Shown one piece after another: positions 22,514-33,688 of a DNA stretch of 64,000 bases (within the stretch, counting starts at the first letter, position 1; every line of letters starts with the position of its first letter). Position numbers and translations under genes: made by a program. The notes beneath the pieces were generated by a model. It ran no database searches, was not told where the DNA came from, and worked only from the letters and a program-made list of their open reading frames with translations. The stretch comes from Syntrophales bacterium (GTDB lineage Bacteria; Desulfobacterota; Syntrophia; Syntrophales; PHBD01). Where the stretch lies: the NCBI GenBank assembly GCA_963668175.1, contig OY764159.1, positions 256,001 to 320,000 on the forward strand. The letters are read 5' to 3'.

Positions 22514-23209
22514 ATGGCAAAGGTGTTGCTAAAGTTCAAAGACGCCTTGGTTAAGGAAATCCCGCTTGATAAGGATCTTATCACAATCGGCAGAAAGGCG
22601 GAGAACGACATTGCCGTCGACAATCAGGCTGTTTCCGGTTTTCATGCAAAGATCTTTAAAGATTCCGAAGGGTTTTCCGTCGAGGACTTGAACAGCCTGA
22701 ATGGCACCTTCGTCAACGGACAGAAAGTCGCCAAGACCCCTCTCAACAATGGCGACGTCATCCTCATCGGGGTTCATACACTGGAAGTCGTCGTAGAGCC
22801 GCGTAAAGGCATGGATGCTACGAAAGACCGGATCAGAGGCCGCTCCATGGATGAGACGATGGTCATCGATCCTAAGGACCAGCAGAAGATCATTGCCTCC
22901 ACCGAAAAGGTGGATGTCCTGGGCGGCTTCATCATCGTCGAAGGATCGTCGGAAAGAAAAGATTATGAGCTGAAAGACCGCGTCAGTACGATCGGCAAAG
23001 ACGACGGTGCCGTTATCCGCCTGAAGGGCTTTTTTGCCCCCCAGGTGGCCGCCCTCGTCAACCGGCGGAAGGAAGGGTACTTCATCAGTCCTTCGGGCGG
23101 GAAATCGATCAAGGTCAACGGCCGCGAGATCAGCAACCGTTATGACTTGAAAGACGGCGACGTCGTAGAAGTATCAGGACTGAAAATGCAGTTCTACATC
23201 AAAGAATAG
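22514..23209 (+). CDS. Tandem FHA-domain protein
   Basis: First FHA: IGR..NDI, VS..HA, DL.S.NGTFVNG. Second C-terminal FHA-like domain is degenerate. Confidence 0.9.
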   Translation: MAKVLLKFKDALVKEIPLDKDLITIGRKAENDIAVDNQAVSGFHAKIFKDSEGFSVEDLNSLNGTFVNGQKVAKTPLNNGDVILIGVHTLEVVVEPRKGMDATKDRIRGRSMDETMVIDPKDQQKIIASTEKVDVLGGFIIVEGSSERKDYELKDRVSTIGKDDGAVIRLKGFFAPQVAALVNRRKEGYFISPSGGKSIKVNGREISNRYDLKDGDVVEVSGLKMQFYIKE

Positions 23210-23219
23210 GGGGGACCGT

Positions 23220-23993
23220 ATGTCTAGAAACTGGCTGTTTCCGCTGATGGTGCTTTTCTTTGCATCGACACTAGGAGGCTGCGTCGCCAAGAGCGATTAT
23301 CTAAAGAAGGAAGCCGAGGCCACAGCCCTGGCGGACCAGGTGGCGAGTCTCTCCAAGGACAAGGAGAAATTGACCCAGGAGAAGAGCGATCTGGATAAGC
23401 TCCTGAACGCGAAAGCGGACGACCTGACCAAGGCGAACAGCGATCTGAGGTTTCGCAACGCCGATCTGGAAGCCCAGAACACAAAACTGAAGCAGGATTT
23501 GGCCGACCTCAAAAAGAAAGAGGCGGAAGTTCAGGCGGAAAGCAGCACCTACAAAGACCTGATGAAGGAGATGAAGTCGGAGATCGCCAAAGGACAGATT
23601 GCCATCAGCGAACTGAAAGGTAAACTGACGGTCGATGTGGCCAACCAGATTCTGTTTGCCTCCGGGGAGGCCGATGTTAAGAAAGACGGCCTGGCGATCC
23701 TGAAACGGGTCGTCGACATTCTCGCAACGGTGAAGGACAAGGCGATCCGCATTGAAGGGCATACCGATAACCAGAAGATATTCGGACAACTCGCCAAGAA
23801 GTATCCGACGAACTGGGAACTCTCAGCCGCGCGGGCCATCAATGTAACAAAATACCTGATCTCGCAGGGTATTCCGCCAGAGAATCTTTCTGCCGTCGCC
23901 TACGGGGAATTCAAACCGCTCGCAGACAACGCAACCCCCGAGGGACGTCAGAAGAACAGGAGAATCGCCATCATTCTGCTGCCGAAAGACTGA
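23220..23993 (+). CDS. OmpA/MotB family lipoprotein with coiled coil
   Basis: Lipobox LGGC, heptad coiled coil, ILFASG, IEGHTD, NWELSAARA, GRQKNRR. Confidence 0.9.
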   Translation: MSRNWLFPLMVLFFASTLGGCVAKSDYLKKEAEATALADQVASLSKDKEKLTQEKSDLDKLLNAKADDLTKANSDLRFRNADLEAQNTKLKQDLADLKKKEAEVQAESSTYKDLMKEMKSEIAKGQIAISELKGKLTVDVANQILFASGEADVKKDGLAILKRVVDILATVKDKAIRIEGHTDNQKIFGQLAKKYPTNWELSAARAINVTKYLISQGIPPENLSAVAYGEFKPLADNATPEGRQKNRRIAIILLPKD

Positions 23994-24103
23994 TTATTCA
24001 ACAAAGCAAATAAGACCGATCATTATGCAGGGGCGCGGTGTATGCCGTGCCCCTGTGTGGTTATCGCGGAAGAGAAAATGAGGGAGGACGGAAGAATATC
24101 AAT

Positions 24104-26035
24104 ATGGGCAAATCCATAACCCAAAAAATCATCGAACTTCATCTTGTCTCGGGCCGCTTTGTTCCAGGCTCGGAGATAGCCATCCGGATCGACCAGACTC
24201 TTACCCAGGATGCCACCGGGACTATGGCTTACCTGGAATTCGAATCCATGAATATCCCTAAAGTCAGGACGGAACTCTCGGTGAGCTATATCGACCATAA
24301 TACCGTCCAGATAGGATTTGAAAACGCCGACGATCATCGCTATCTGCAGAGCGTCGCCCGCAAGTACGGCATCTTCCTGTCCCGGGCGGGAAACGGGATA
24401 TGTCATCAGGTTCACCTGGAGAGGTTCGGCAGGCCGGGCAAGACCCTGATCGGCGCAGACAGCCATACGCCCACAGGAGGGGCCCTGGGTATGATCGCCA
24501 TCGGTGCGGGCGGGCTAGACGTCGCTCTGGCCATGGCCGGTGAGCCATTCTACCTGACCTGCCCGAAGGTCATCCGGATCGATCTTGCCGGGACGCTGCC
24601 GCCATGGGTTTCGGCGAAGGATATCATTCTTCATGTCCTCAGTCTCTTTACAACCAAGGGGAATGTCGGCTCCGTCTTCGAATACGGAGGCAACGGCACG
24701 TCGGCCCTGACCGTCCCGGAGCGGGCAACAATCGCCAATATGGGGGCCGAGTGCGGTGTCACGACTTCCGTTTTTCCCAGTGATGCCATGACGAGACGTT
24801 TTCTGGAATTTGAACACCGGGCAGAGAGCTGGACGGAACTGCTGCCGGACCCGGATGCCGCTTACGATCGCACCGTCCGGATCGATCTCGGTGCTCTAAC
24901 GCCCCTGGCGGCAATGCCTCACAGTCCCGACCGCATCCGTCCGGTCAGCGACCTGGCGGGAATCGAAGTACAGCAGGTATGCATCGGGAGCTGTACCAAT
25001 TCGTCCTACAAAGACCTGGTGACTGTGGCGAAAATCCTCAAAGGCAAGACAGTCCATCGCGGCGTCAGCCTTATCATGGCCCCGGGGTCCAAACAGGTGC
25101 TCGACAATCTGGCCAGGAACGGCTATTTGTCTGATCTTTTATCGGCAGGCGTCAGGCTCATGGAGAACGCCTGCGGCTTTTGCATAGGCAACAGCCAGAG
25201 CCCGCCGTCCGGGGGCGTTTCGCTGCGCACGTCGAACCGGAATTTCCTCGGAAGGTCGGGAACCAGGAACGCCGATATATACCTCGTCAGTCCGGAAACG
25301 GCGGCGGCGGCCGTTATCACCGGCCGCATCACGGACCCCCGCCAATTGGGCATGGATTACCCGAAGGTCGACATGCCGGAACAGATCGTCATCGACGACG
25401 GCCTGATCATTCCGCCTGATGATTCAAAGGATACATCCCATGTCGCCGTCAACCGGGGGCCGAACATCGGCGAAGCACCGCAGAACGGTCCCCTGCCGGA
25501 AGTATTATCGGGAAAGGCCGCCATCAAGGTAGGCGACAAGATCACGACGGACCACATCATTCCTGCCGGCGCGCGGATGAAGTACCGGTCCAATATTCCC
25601 AAGTATGCCAAGTACGTCTTCGAGATCGTCGATAAATCCTTCGCCGAGCGTGCGGGCAAGAACCGCGATGAAGGGCTTCACAATGTCATCGTCGCCGGCA
25701 ACTCGTACGGACAGGGGTCGTCGCGGGAACATGCCGCAATCTGCCCCATGTATCTCGGCGTCAAAGCGGTCATTGCCAAATCCTTTGAAAGAATCCATGC
25801 AGCCAACCTCGTTAATTTCGGTATTTTACCCCTTCACTTTCAAAACGATAAAGACTATGAAGGAATCGACGAAGGCGACCTCATCGAGATTGCAGATATG
25901 AGAGCAGCCGTCACGGACGGACACAGACTGACGGTAAAAAATCTTACGAAAAAGAATTCGTTTGAAGTTTCTTATGAACTATCTGACCGCCAGAAGGCCA
26001 TCGTACTGGCCGGCGGCATCCTGAATCTTCGCTAG
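24104..26035 (+). CDS. Aconitate hydratase (short ~640 aa type)
   Basis: [55 protein letters not shown] at 24104. Confidence 0.92.
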   Translation: MGKSITQKIIELHLVSGRFVPGSEIAIRIDQTLTQDATGTMAYLEFESMNIPKVRTELSVSYIDHNTVQIGFENADDHRYLQSVARKYGIFLSRAGNGICHQVHLERFGRPGKTLIGADSHTPTGGALGMIAIGAGGLDVALAMAGEPFYLTCPKVIRIDLAGTLPPWVSAKDIILHVLSLFTTKGNVGSVFEYGGNGTSALTVPERATIANMGAECGVTTSVFPSDAMTRRFLEFEHRAESWTELLPDPDAAYDRTVRIDLGALTPLAAMPHSPDRIRPVSDLAGIEVQQVCIGSCTNSSYKDLVTVAKILKGKTVHRGVSLIMAPGSKQVLDNLARNGYLSDLLSAGVRLMENACGFCIGNSQSPPSGGVSLRTSNRNFLGRSGTRNADIYLVSPETAAAAVITGRITDPRQLGMDYPKVDMPEQIVIDDGLIIPPDDSKDTSHVAVNRGPNIGEAPQNGPLPEVLSGKAAIKVGDKITTDHIIPAGARMKYRSNIPKYAKYVFEIVDKSFAERAGKNRDEGLHNVIVAGNSYGQGSSREHAAICPMYLGVKAVIAKSFERIHAANLVNFGILPLHFQNDKDYEGIDEGDLIEIADMRAAVTDGHRLTVKNLTKKNSFEVSYELSDRQKAIVLAGGILNLR

Positions 26036-26079
26036 GCATCGGATTCTTATTTTTTATTGACCAAGGAGCGACGGGGAGA

Positions 26080-27306
26080 ATGTCTGGAAAAAAAATCAAA
26101 GTGAAAACAACCATCGTGGAGATGGATGGCGATGAAATGACCCGTATCATGTGGGATATGGTCAAAAGCAAACTGCTTTTACCCTTCCTTGACATGAAAC
26201 TGGAATACTACGACCTGCATGTGAAACATCGGGACGAAACGGACGACCGCGTAACGGTGGATGCCGCACAGGCCGTCGTCAAATACGGCGTCGGCGTCAA
26301 ATGCGCCACCATCACGCCGACGGAAGACCGCGTCAAGGAATACGACCTCAAGAAGGCATGGAAGAGCCCGAACGCAACGATCCGCGGCATCCTTGACGGC
26401 ACGGTATTCAGGAAACCCATTCTCGTCAGGAATATTCCGCCGATTGTAACGTCCTGGCACAAACCCGTCGTCATCGGCAGACACGCTTACGGCGACGTAT
26501 ACAACAATGTTGAACTCCTGATACCGGGTCCGGGCAAAGCGGAAATCGTCTTCACGCCGGCTGGGGGCGGAGAACCGCTCCGCAAGACAATCCACGATTT
26601 CAAGAAATCGGGCATTATCCAGGGCATTCACAACACGGACGAATCCATCGAAAGCTTCGCCCGGGCATGCTTCGCCTTTGCCCTCGACGAAAAAATCGAT
26701 CTGTGGTTCAGCACCAAGGACACGATATCCAAAACCTACGACGCCAGATTCCGGGCCATCTTCGATAAAGAATATACGACCAACTGGAAAAAGAAATTCA
26801 CCGCCGCCGGGATAGAATATTTCTTCACACTCATCGACGACGCCGTGGCCCGGATCATGAAGACCGAAGGGGGTGTCCTTTGGGCCCTTAAGAATTACGA
26901 TGGCGACGTGATGTCCGACATGATTGCATCGGGGTGCGGCAGTCTGGCGATGATGACGTCCGTTCTCGTCTCGCCCCACGGCTACTTCGAATATGAAGCC
27001 GCCCACGGTACGGTCCAGAAACATTACTACAAGCACCTCCGGGGGGAAGAGACATCCTCGAATTCCATGGCCCTTATCTTCGCTTGGACAGGCGCCATAA
27101 GAAAAAGAGGGGAGTTGGACAAGACTCCCCAGGCCGTGGCCTTTGCCGACAAGCTGGAAAAAGCCGCCATCGAAACGATAGAAGGCGGGACGATGACGGG
27201 GGACCTCCTTGCCATAGCAGAGGCGAATCCCGCCAATCGCAAAGTGAACACGGAAGGATTCATTGATGCGATTGCCGACCATCTGAAAAGAATGTTGAAT
27301 GCTTAA
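26080..27306 (+). CDS. icd: NADP-dependent isocitrate dehydrogenase (eukaryote-like subfamily)
   Basis: [38 protein letters not shown]. Confidence 0.95.
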   Translation: MSGKKIKVKTTIVEMDGDEMTRIMWDMVKSKLLLPFLDMKLEYYDLHVKHRDETDDRVTVDAAQAVVKYGVGVKCATITPTEDRVKEYDLKKAWKSPNATIRGILDGTVFRKPILVRNIPPIVTSWHKPVVIGRHAYGDVYNNVELLIPGPGKAEIVFTPAGGGEPLRKTIHDFKKSGIIQGIHNTDESIESFARACFAFALDEKIDLWFSTKDTISKTYDARFRAIFDKEYTTNWKKKFTAAGIEYFFTLIDDAVARIMKTEGGVLWALKNYDGDVMSDMIASGCGSLAMMTSVLVSPHGYFEYEAAHGTVQKHYYKHLRGEETSSNSMALIFAWTGAIRKRGELDKTPQAVAFADKLEKAAIETIEGGTMTGDLLAIAEANPANRKVNTEGFIDAIADHLKRMLNA

Positions 27307-28327
27307 ACCGAACCTCAGGGACCTGACCCTGCCCGAGATAGAAGACTTTATCACCGGCCTGGGCAAAGAGAAATACCGGGCGCGGCAAGTGATGAAGTGG
27401 CTCTATCAACATGGCGTCACGTCGTTCGAGGCGATGACCACGCTGTCCAAACCGTTCCGGGAACAATTGCAGGAGAAGGCGCGCATTGCCGGCCCGGAGA
27501 TTATCAGAACCGAAGTGTCACAGGACGGAACCAAGAAGTTTCTCTTCCTCCTCGAAGACGGCCATACCATAGAAAGCGTCCTCATCCCGGGCAAGAACCA
27601 CTGGACGGTATGTGTATCCACTCAGGCGGGCTGCCGGATGGGCTGCCGCTTCTGTTACACCGGAAGCCTCGGTTTCAGGAGAAATTTGACGCCCGCCGAG
27701 ATCACGGGTCAGATTACAGCCTTGAAGTTCCTTACCCCGGAGGGCCCCGATATCAAGAACATCGTCATGATGGGCATGGGAGAGCCCCTGGACAATTACG
27801 ACAACGCTTTGAAGGCCATCAGGGTCATAACCTCCGACTACGGCCTGGGTTTCTCCAACCGGAAAATCACGCTTTCCACCTGCGGCCTGGCTCCAAAAAT
27901 TATCCAACTGGGCCGCGATATCAGCATCAACCTCGCCATTTCGCTGAATGCGACAACCAACGAAACGCGAAGCGAGTTGATGCCTATAAACCGGCAGTAC
28001 CCTCTGGAAGATCTCTTCGCCGCCTGCCGCGACTATCCGATGCCGGGCCGTCGCATGCTTACCTTCGAATATATCCTGATGGAAGGCGTCAACGCCTCGA
28101 CGGAGGATGCCGAGAGGCTCGCACGGCTCCTGAAGGGTATCCGCAGCAAGATCAATCTTATCGTGTTTAACGAGTTCCCCGGCACATCCCTCCGCACCCC
28201 CTCCGCAGCCACCGTGGCAAACTTTCAGAAAATTCTCTTAAACAAACACTTTACAACCATTCTCCGGGCGAGTTGCGGCGCCGACATCCTGGCGGCCTGC
28301 GGGCAGTTGAGCGGTCGGAAACATTGA
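27299..28327 (+). CDS. rlmN: 23S rRNA m2A2503 / tRNA radical SAM methyltransferase
   Basis: [34 protein letters not shown]. Confidence 0.95.
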   Translation: MLKPNLRDLTLPEIEDFITGLGKEKYRARQVMKWLYQHGVTSFEAMTTLSKPFREQLQEKARIAGPEIIRTEVSQDGTKKFLFLLEDGHTIESVLIPGKNHWTVCVSTQAGCRMGCRFCYTGSLGFRRNLTPAEITGQITALKFLTPEGPDIKNIVMMGMGEPLDNYDNALKAIRVITSDYGLGFSNRKITLSTCGLAPKIIQLGRDISINLAISLNATTNETRSELMPINRQYPLEDLFAACRDYPMPGRRMLTFEYILMEGVNASTEDAERLARLLKGIRSKINLIVFNEFPGTSLRTPSAATVANFQKILLNKHFTTILRASCGADILAACGQLSGRKH

Positions 28328-28423
28328 TATCAACATTCAGAACAAATCCGGCTATCATATCTATTGACTGTTGGCCCGAAAAAGATTAATACTGTTTGGG
28401 CAGCAAGCCCACCGTATTGATCC

Positions 28424-28858
28424 ATGGAAAAAGAAATCGATCCCAGAATGCACACGGCGGAACACATCCTCAATCAGACGATGGTACGGATGTTTGGATG
28501 TGGACGGTGTTTCAGTGCGCACATCGAGAAGAAGAAGTCGAAATGCGACTACCGTTTCGACCGCCCCCTACTTGACGAGGAACTGCGGGAAATCGAAAAA
28601 ACGGTCAACGACGTCATCGCGGAAGATTTCCCGGTCACCGAAGAATACTTGACCCGGGAAGATGCGGCGTCTCGATTTGTTCTGGACAGGCTTCCCCAGG
28701 ATGCAGGCGACAAAATAAGAATCATCAATGTCGGCGATTACGATGCCTGCCCGTGCGTCGGACCCCATGTCCGTTCGTCCGGACAACTCGGTGCATTCCG
28801 GATAGTTTCCTCAAGTTTCGAAGACGGCGTTTTACGTATCAGGTACAGACTGTCCTGA
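28424..28858 (+). CDS. Stand-alone alanyl-tRNA editing domain protein (AlaX-like)
   Basis: 144 aa; HTAEH and CVGPH match the HxxxH/CxxxH zinc editing site; C-terminal RIRY. Confidence 0.8.
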   Translation: MEKEIDPRMHTAEHILNQTMVRMFGCGRCFSAHIEKKKSKCDYRFDRPLLDEELREIEKTVNDVIAEDFPVTEEYLTREDAASRFVLDRLPQDAGDKIRIINVGDYDACPCVGPHVRSSGQLGAFRIVSSSFEDGVLRIRYRLS

Positions 28859-29012
28859 GATACACCGGTCTTACCGGTCCATGGATTCCTGAAACGCCGG
28901 CCGCACATCATTAAGCGAGGGTGTATCCGGACAGGGCACCGGCAGGTGGGTTTCGGTACAGATAAGCTAATCATAGGTATTTGTTGCGATTCTCCAGAAA
29001 ACCAACCATTGA

Positions 29013-30629
<1,617 letters not shown>

Positions 30630-30848
30630 GGTTTCCGAAACCGCAGGCATTTATCAATAACCGGGGCATCGGTTTGCATCGTCGACGGCGCGGATGTGAT
30701 GGTCGATCTCGATTGCTGGTTGCGACAGTGTACCATAGCGCCGGATGCATCATGATATATGCGAAATATCCATCGCTTAAGCTAATCCGTATTTTAGTCA
30801 TATAATCCGGTATCGGTCTTTTTACCTGACTGTCGAGGAGGTTCCGGG

Positions 30849-31853
30849 ATGAAGACACCGCTCCTGATGGATCTGGAAAACAACGTTTTCCTGGAAGACG
30901 GTAAACTGGTCGTCATCGACAGGCGAAGACTGCCGGCGGATATCACAAGAATCATCTGTCAGGATGACCGTGACGTCGCGGCGGCCATTGTCGATATGGC
31001 CGTTCAGGGTGCCGGTGATATCGCCATCACGGCGGGATTCGGGCTCTATCTCACAGCAGTTAAGGCCGAAAACGAGGCCCCGCAAAACATCGACGCAACG
31101 CTGCAGGAAGCCTCCGATCGCCTCTGCTCAACAAGACCTACGGGATTCCACCTGGCGGCGCTCCAAAAGAAAATTCTGGATAAGGTTCGATCCGGACCGA
31201 GGGACAAGAAGTACTCCGAGACGATTCTCGATTATCTTGAGCTGGTTCTAGCAAGGCAGAAGGCCGTATCGCAGGACACAGGGAGGCATGCGGAGGGTCT
31301 CCTTGTCTCGGGAGACCGGATACTCACGCACTGCTTTGCCGGGGCCGGATTGTTATACATGCTCCGATTCGCCATGGACAACAACAAAGACATCCGGGTG
31401 ATCTGCACGGAAACGAGGCCCTATTTGCAGGGAGCCCGTCTCACCGCCTGGTCGATCAGCACCATGGGGATCGATACGACCCTGATTACGGACAACATGG
31501 CGGCACATTGTATGTCCAGGGGAATGATCGATAAGGTTTTCACCGCTGCCGACAGAATTGCCATGGACGGCGTCGCGGCCAACAAGGTGGGGACGTTGCA
31601 GCTGGCCATCTGTGCGAAGTTCTACGGTATCCCCTTCTATATCCTCGCCTACGGAGGCCCGGACCGCAACACTGCAAGAGGCAGCGAAATCCCTATCGAA
31701 GAGCGCAACCCGCTAGAGGTTCTGGAGTTTCGAGGCATTCCTACGAGCGGCCCCGATGTGAAGGCCTACTACCCTTCGTTCGACCTGACACCGCCGTCAC
31801 TGATTACGGCCATGATCACCAGCCGGGGTATTCGCGCCTCTGAAGAAACTTGA
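30849..31853 (+). CDS. mtnA: Methylthioribose-1-phosphate isomerase-like protein (eIF2B family), divergent
   Basis: IDRRRLP, STRPT, ILTHC, ETRPYLQGARLT, ADRIA, ANKVGT, IPIEER, FDLTP. Confidence 0.8.
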   Translation: MKTPLLMDLENNVFLEDGKLVVIDRRRLPADITRIICQDDRDVAAAIVDMAVQGAGDIAITAGFGLYLTAVKAENEAPQNIDATLQEASDRLCSTRPTGFHLAALQKKILDKVRSGPRDKKYSETILDYLELVLARQKAVSQDTGRHAEGLLVSGDRILTHCFAGAGLLYMLRFAMDNNKDIRVICTETRPYLQGARLTAWSISTMGIDTTLITDNMAAHCMSRGMIDKVFTAADRIAMDGVAANKVGTLQLAICAKFYGIPFYILAYGGPDRNTARGSEIPIEERNPLEVLEFRGIPTSGPDVKAYYPSFDLTPPSLITAMITSRGIRASEET

Positions 31854-31855
31854 TT

Positions 31856-32065
31856 TTACTGCAATTTCCAGGAAGCACCTGTAGTGGCTATATCGGGGGC
31901 AAGAAGAGATTGGGGGATCAGGAAACTTCTCATGCGGGAAGGAACATAGACCAATATCCACATATCATCCTTACCACAGGCTCCCCGCCTGCCGACCACC
32001 TTCCCCTTGCACCCGTTCAGGGGATGCCTTCGGTTATTGACAATAATGAGGTCTCCGGGTTCCAT
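31856..32065 (-). CDS. Small hypothetical protein with KOW/SH3-like N-terminus
   Basis: 69 aa, PGDLIIV....PLNG.KGKVV pattern; GAGGAG ribosome-binding site upstream; fills an intergenic gap. Confidence 0.6.
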   Translation of the reverse strand: MEPGDLIIVNNRRHPLNGCKGKVVGRRGACGKDDMWILVYVPSRMRSFLIPQSLLAPDIATTGASWKLQ

Positions 32066-32225
32066 GTCATCACGCTCCTCTCTTATTCATCTATTTCAGA
32101 TAAAAGACAAAATGTCAAAACAAATCAACTTTTTGAAGCACTTCTTTTTTCCAATTTATCATAGACATCGCCAGATGGATGTGTTAAAAAGCCGCCGATC
32201 ATCTATAATTAAAGGAGGATTAATT

Positions 32226-33458
32226 ATGGCAGAGAACAAGGTTTTTGGGATGTCGGCCGAATCGGGCCGATGGATTTATGTTGTCCTGGGTTTTATCATC
32301 AATATCTGCTTGGGAAGCGTTTACGCTTACAGCGTCTTCAGAAAACCGGTCCAGACGCTGCTGAATGCGAGCGCAACCGAAGCCGGTATGCCCTTTACCG
32401 TCTTTCTGGCCCTGTTTGCGACGATGGTTTTCTTTGGTGGGCAGATCATCGCTAAACTGGGCCCCAGAAACCTGGGCATCCTGGGTGGTATCGTGGTGGG
32501 GGCCGGCTGGATTGCGGCCAGCCAGTCTACGAGCATCAACATGCTGACCATTACTTACGGACTGATCGGTGGTGCAGGTGTCGGATTGGCCTACGGAGTA
32601 CCCCTGGCTTGTGTCGGGCGCTGGTTCCCCGATAAGCGCGGCCTCGCGCTGGGACTGACCTTGGCCGGATTTGGAGGCTCTCCATTCGTGTCCGCCAATG
32701 TGGCCTCAGCCCTTATCAAAGCCTGCGGACCGATGGCGACTTTTCTATACATGGGGATCGCATTCCTGGCCATCGTTGTCATCCTTTTCATACCCTTCCG
32801 CTATCCGGCAGACGGATGGAAACCCGCCGGCTGGACGCCCCCGGCGACATCGGCAAGCGCATCCGCCGATTTCAACATGAAGGAAATGGCCAAAACATCC
32901 ACCTTTTACGGCCTCTTCCTTTGCTACATCATTGGTTGTCTTGCAGGGCTTATGGCTATCGGTATCTCCAGCCCCGTTGCCCAGGAAATCATCAAAATCC
33001 CGGCGGCGACGGCAGCCACTCTGGTCGGCGTATTCGCCATTTTCAACGGTGTCGGCAGACCCCTCTTTGGTGTCCTGACCGACAAGTTAACCCCCAGAGT
33101 CGCGGCGATTATATCCTTTATCATGATCATCGCCTGCTCGTTGGGTATGCTGGCGGCGGGCGAGGGTAGTCTCATGCTGTACGTGATCTGCTTCATCGGC
33201 TTCTGGCTTGTGCTCGGCGGCTGGCTGGCGATCGCCCCCACAGCGACGACGACTTTCTTCGGCGTTACGAATTATGCGAGAAACTATGGTCTCGTTTACT
33301 TTGCTTACGGCATCGGGGCGATTCTGGGCGGCATTATCTCGGGTGCGGCCAAGGATACCTTCGGTTCCTATGCCATCGCTTTTTACCCGACGGCGGGCTT
33401 GGCGGTCGTCGGTCTGATCATTGCTTTCGTGCTTTTAAAACCGCCGAAGAAGGCATAA
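32226..33458 (+). CDS. OFA (oxalate/formate antiporter) family MFS transporter
   Basis: GSVYAYSVF, GRWFPDKRGLA.G, FNGVGR, NYG; ATG at 32226 follows AGGAGG. Confidence 0.9.
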   Translation: MAENKVFGMSAESGRWIYVVLGFIINICLGSVYAYSVFRKPVQTLLNASATEAGMPFTVFLALFATMVFFGGQIIAKLGPRNLGILGGIVVGAGWIAASQSTSINMLTITYGLIGGAGVGLAYGVPLACVGRWFPDKRGLALGLTLAGFGGSPFVSANVASALIKACGPMATFLYMGIAFLAIVVILFIPFRYPADGWKPAGWTPPATSASASADFNMKEMAKTSTFYGLFLCYIIGCLAGLMAIGISSPVAQEIIKIPAATAATLVGVFAIFNGVGRPLFGVLTDKLTPRVAAIISFIMIIACSLGMLAAGEGSLMLYVICFIGFWLVLGGWLAIAPTATTTFFGVTNYARNYGLVYFAYGIGAILGGIISGAAKDTFGSYAIAFYPTAGLAVVGLIIAFVLLKPPKKA

Positions 33459-33484
33459 CCTATCGATATTTATAAAAAGAATCT

Positions 33485-33516
33485 CGCCGGTGTTTCCTGC
33501 CGGCGTTTTTCTTTTT
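33485..33516 (+). terminator. Rho-independent terminator after the MFS gene
   Basis: CGCCGG-loop-CCGGCG followed by TTTTTCTTTTT. Confidence 0.75.
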
Positions 33517-33572
33517 GAACAGATGTGGCTGAACGCAACCCATGGACCCTAGGATACCGAAAAGAACTTTTA

Positions 33573-33619
33573 ATACAACATATTGTGTCTTCGATTTCCA
33601 TGCATACCGTTTGTTGTAT
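33573..33619. promoter_or_regulatory. Putative tandem NrdR boxes upstream of smc
   Basis: ATACAACATATTGTGT (33573-33588) fits the acaCwAtATaTwGtgt consensus; a weaker ATACCGTTTGTTGTAT (33604-33619) starts 31 bp later. Confidence 0.65.
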
Positions 33620-33626
33620 TTAGCCC

Positions 33627-33655
33627 TTTACAAGTGATTATTCTTTTGTTAAATT
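33627..33655 (+). promoter_or_regulatory. Putative sigma70 promoter of smc
   Basis: TTTACA, 17-bp spacer ending in TGn, TAAATT. Confidence 0.55.
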
Positions 33656-33688
33656 TCTCGCGCTTTCTGACAGAGGGCATTTACCCGT

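Noticed and set aside
19216..23993. Type VI secretion cluster
   Set aside because: Kinase, PP2C, FHA and OmpA genes resemble T6SS accessories, but no tssB/C, hcp, vgrG, tssM or clpV is in the window
23220..23993. Flagellar stator MotB
   Set aside because: No motA, no MotB TM helix with the conserved Asp; it has a lipobox instead
28859..28927. GATACACC...GGTGTATC inverted repeat upstream of pyrG as an attenuator
   Set aside because: Only 8 bp with a long loop and no U tract
30660..30680. Sigma54 promoter (GGCATCGGTTTGCA), plus TGGCAC at about 45978 and 51434
   Set aside because: The -24/-12 spacing is wrong or the TTGC element is absent
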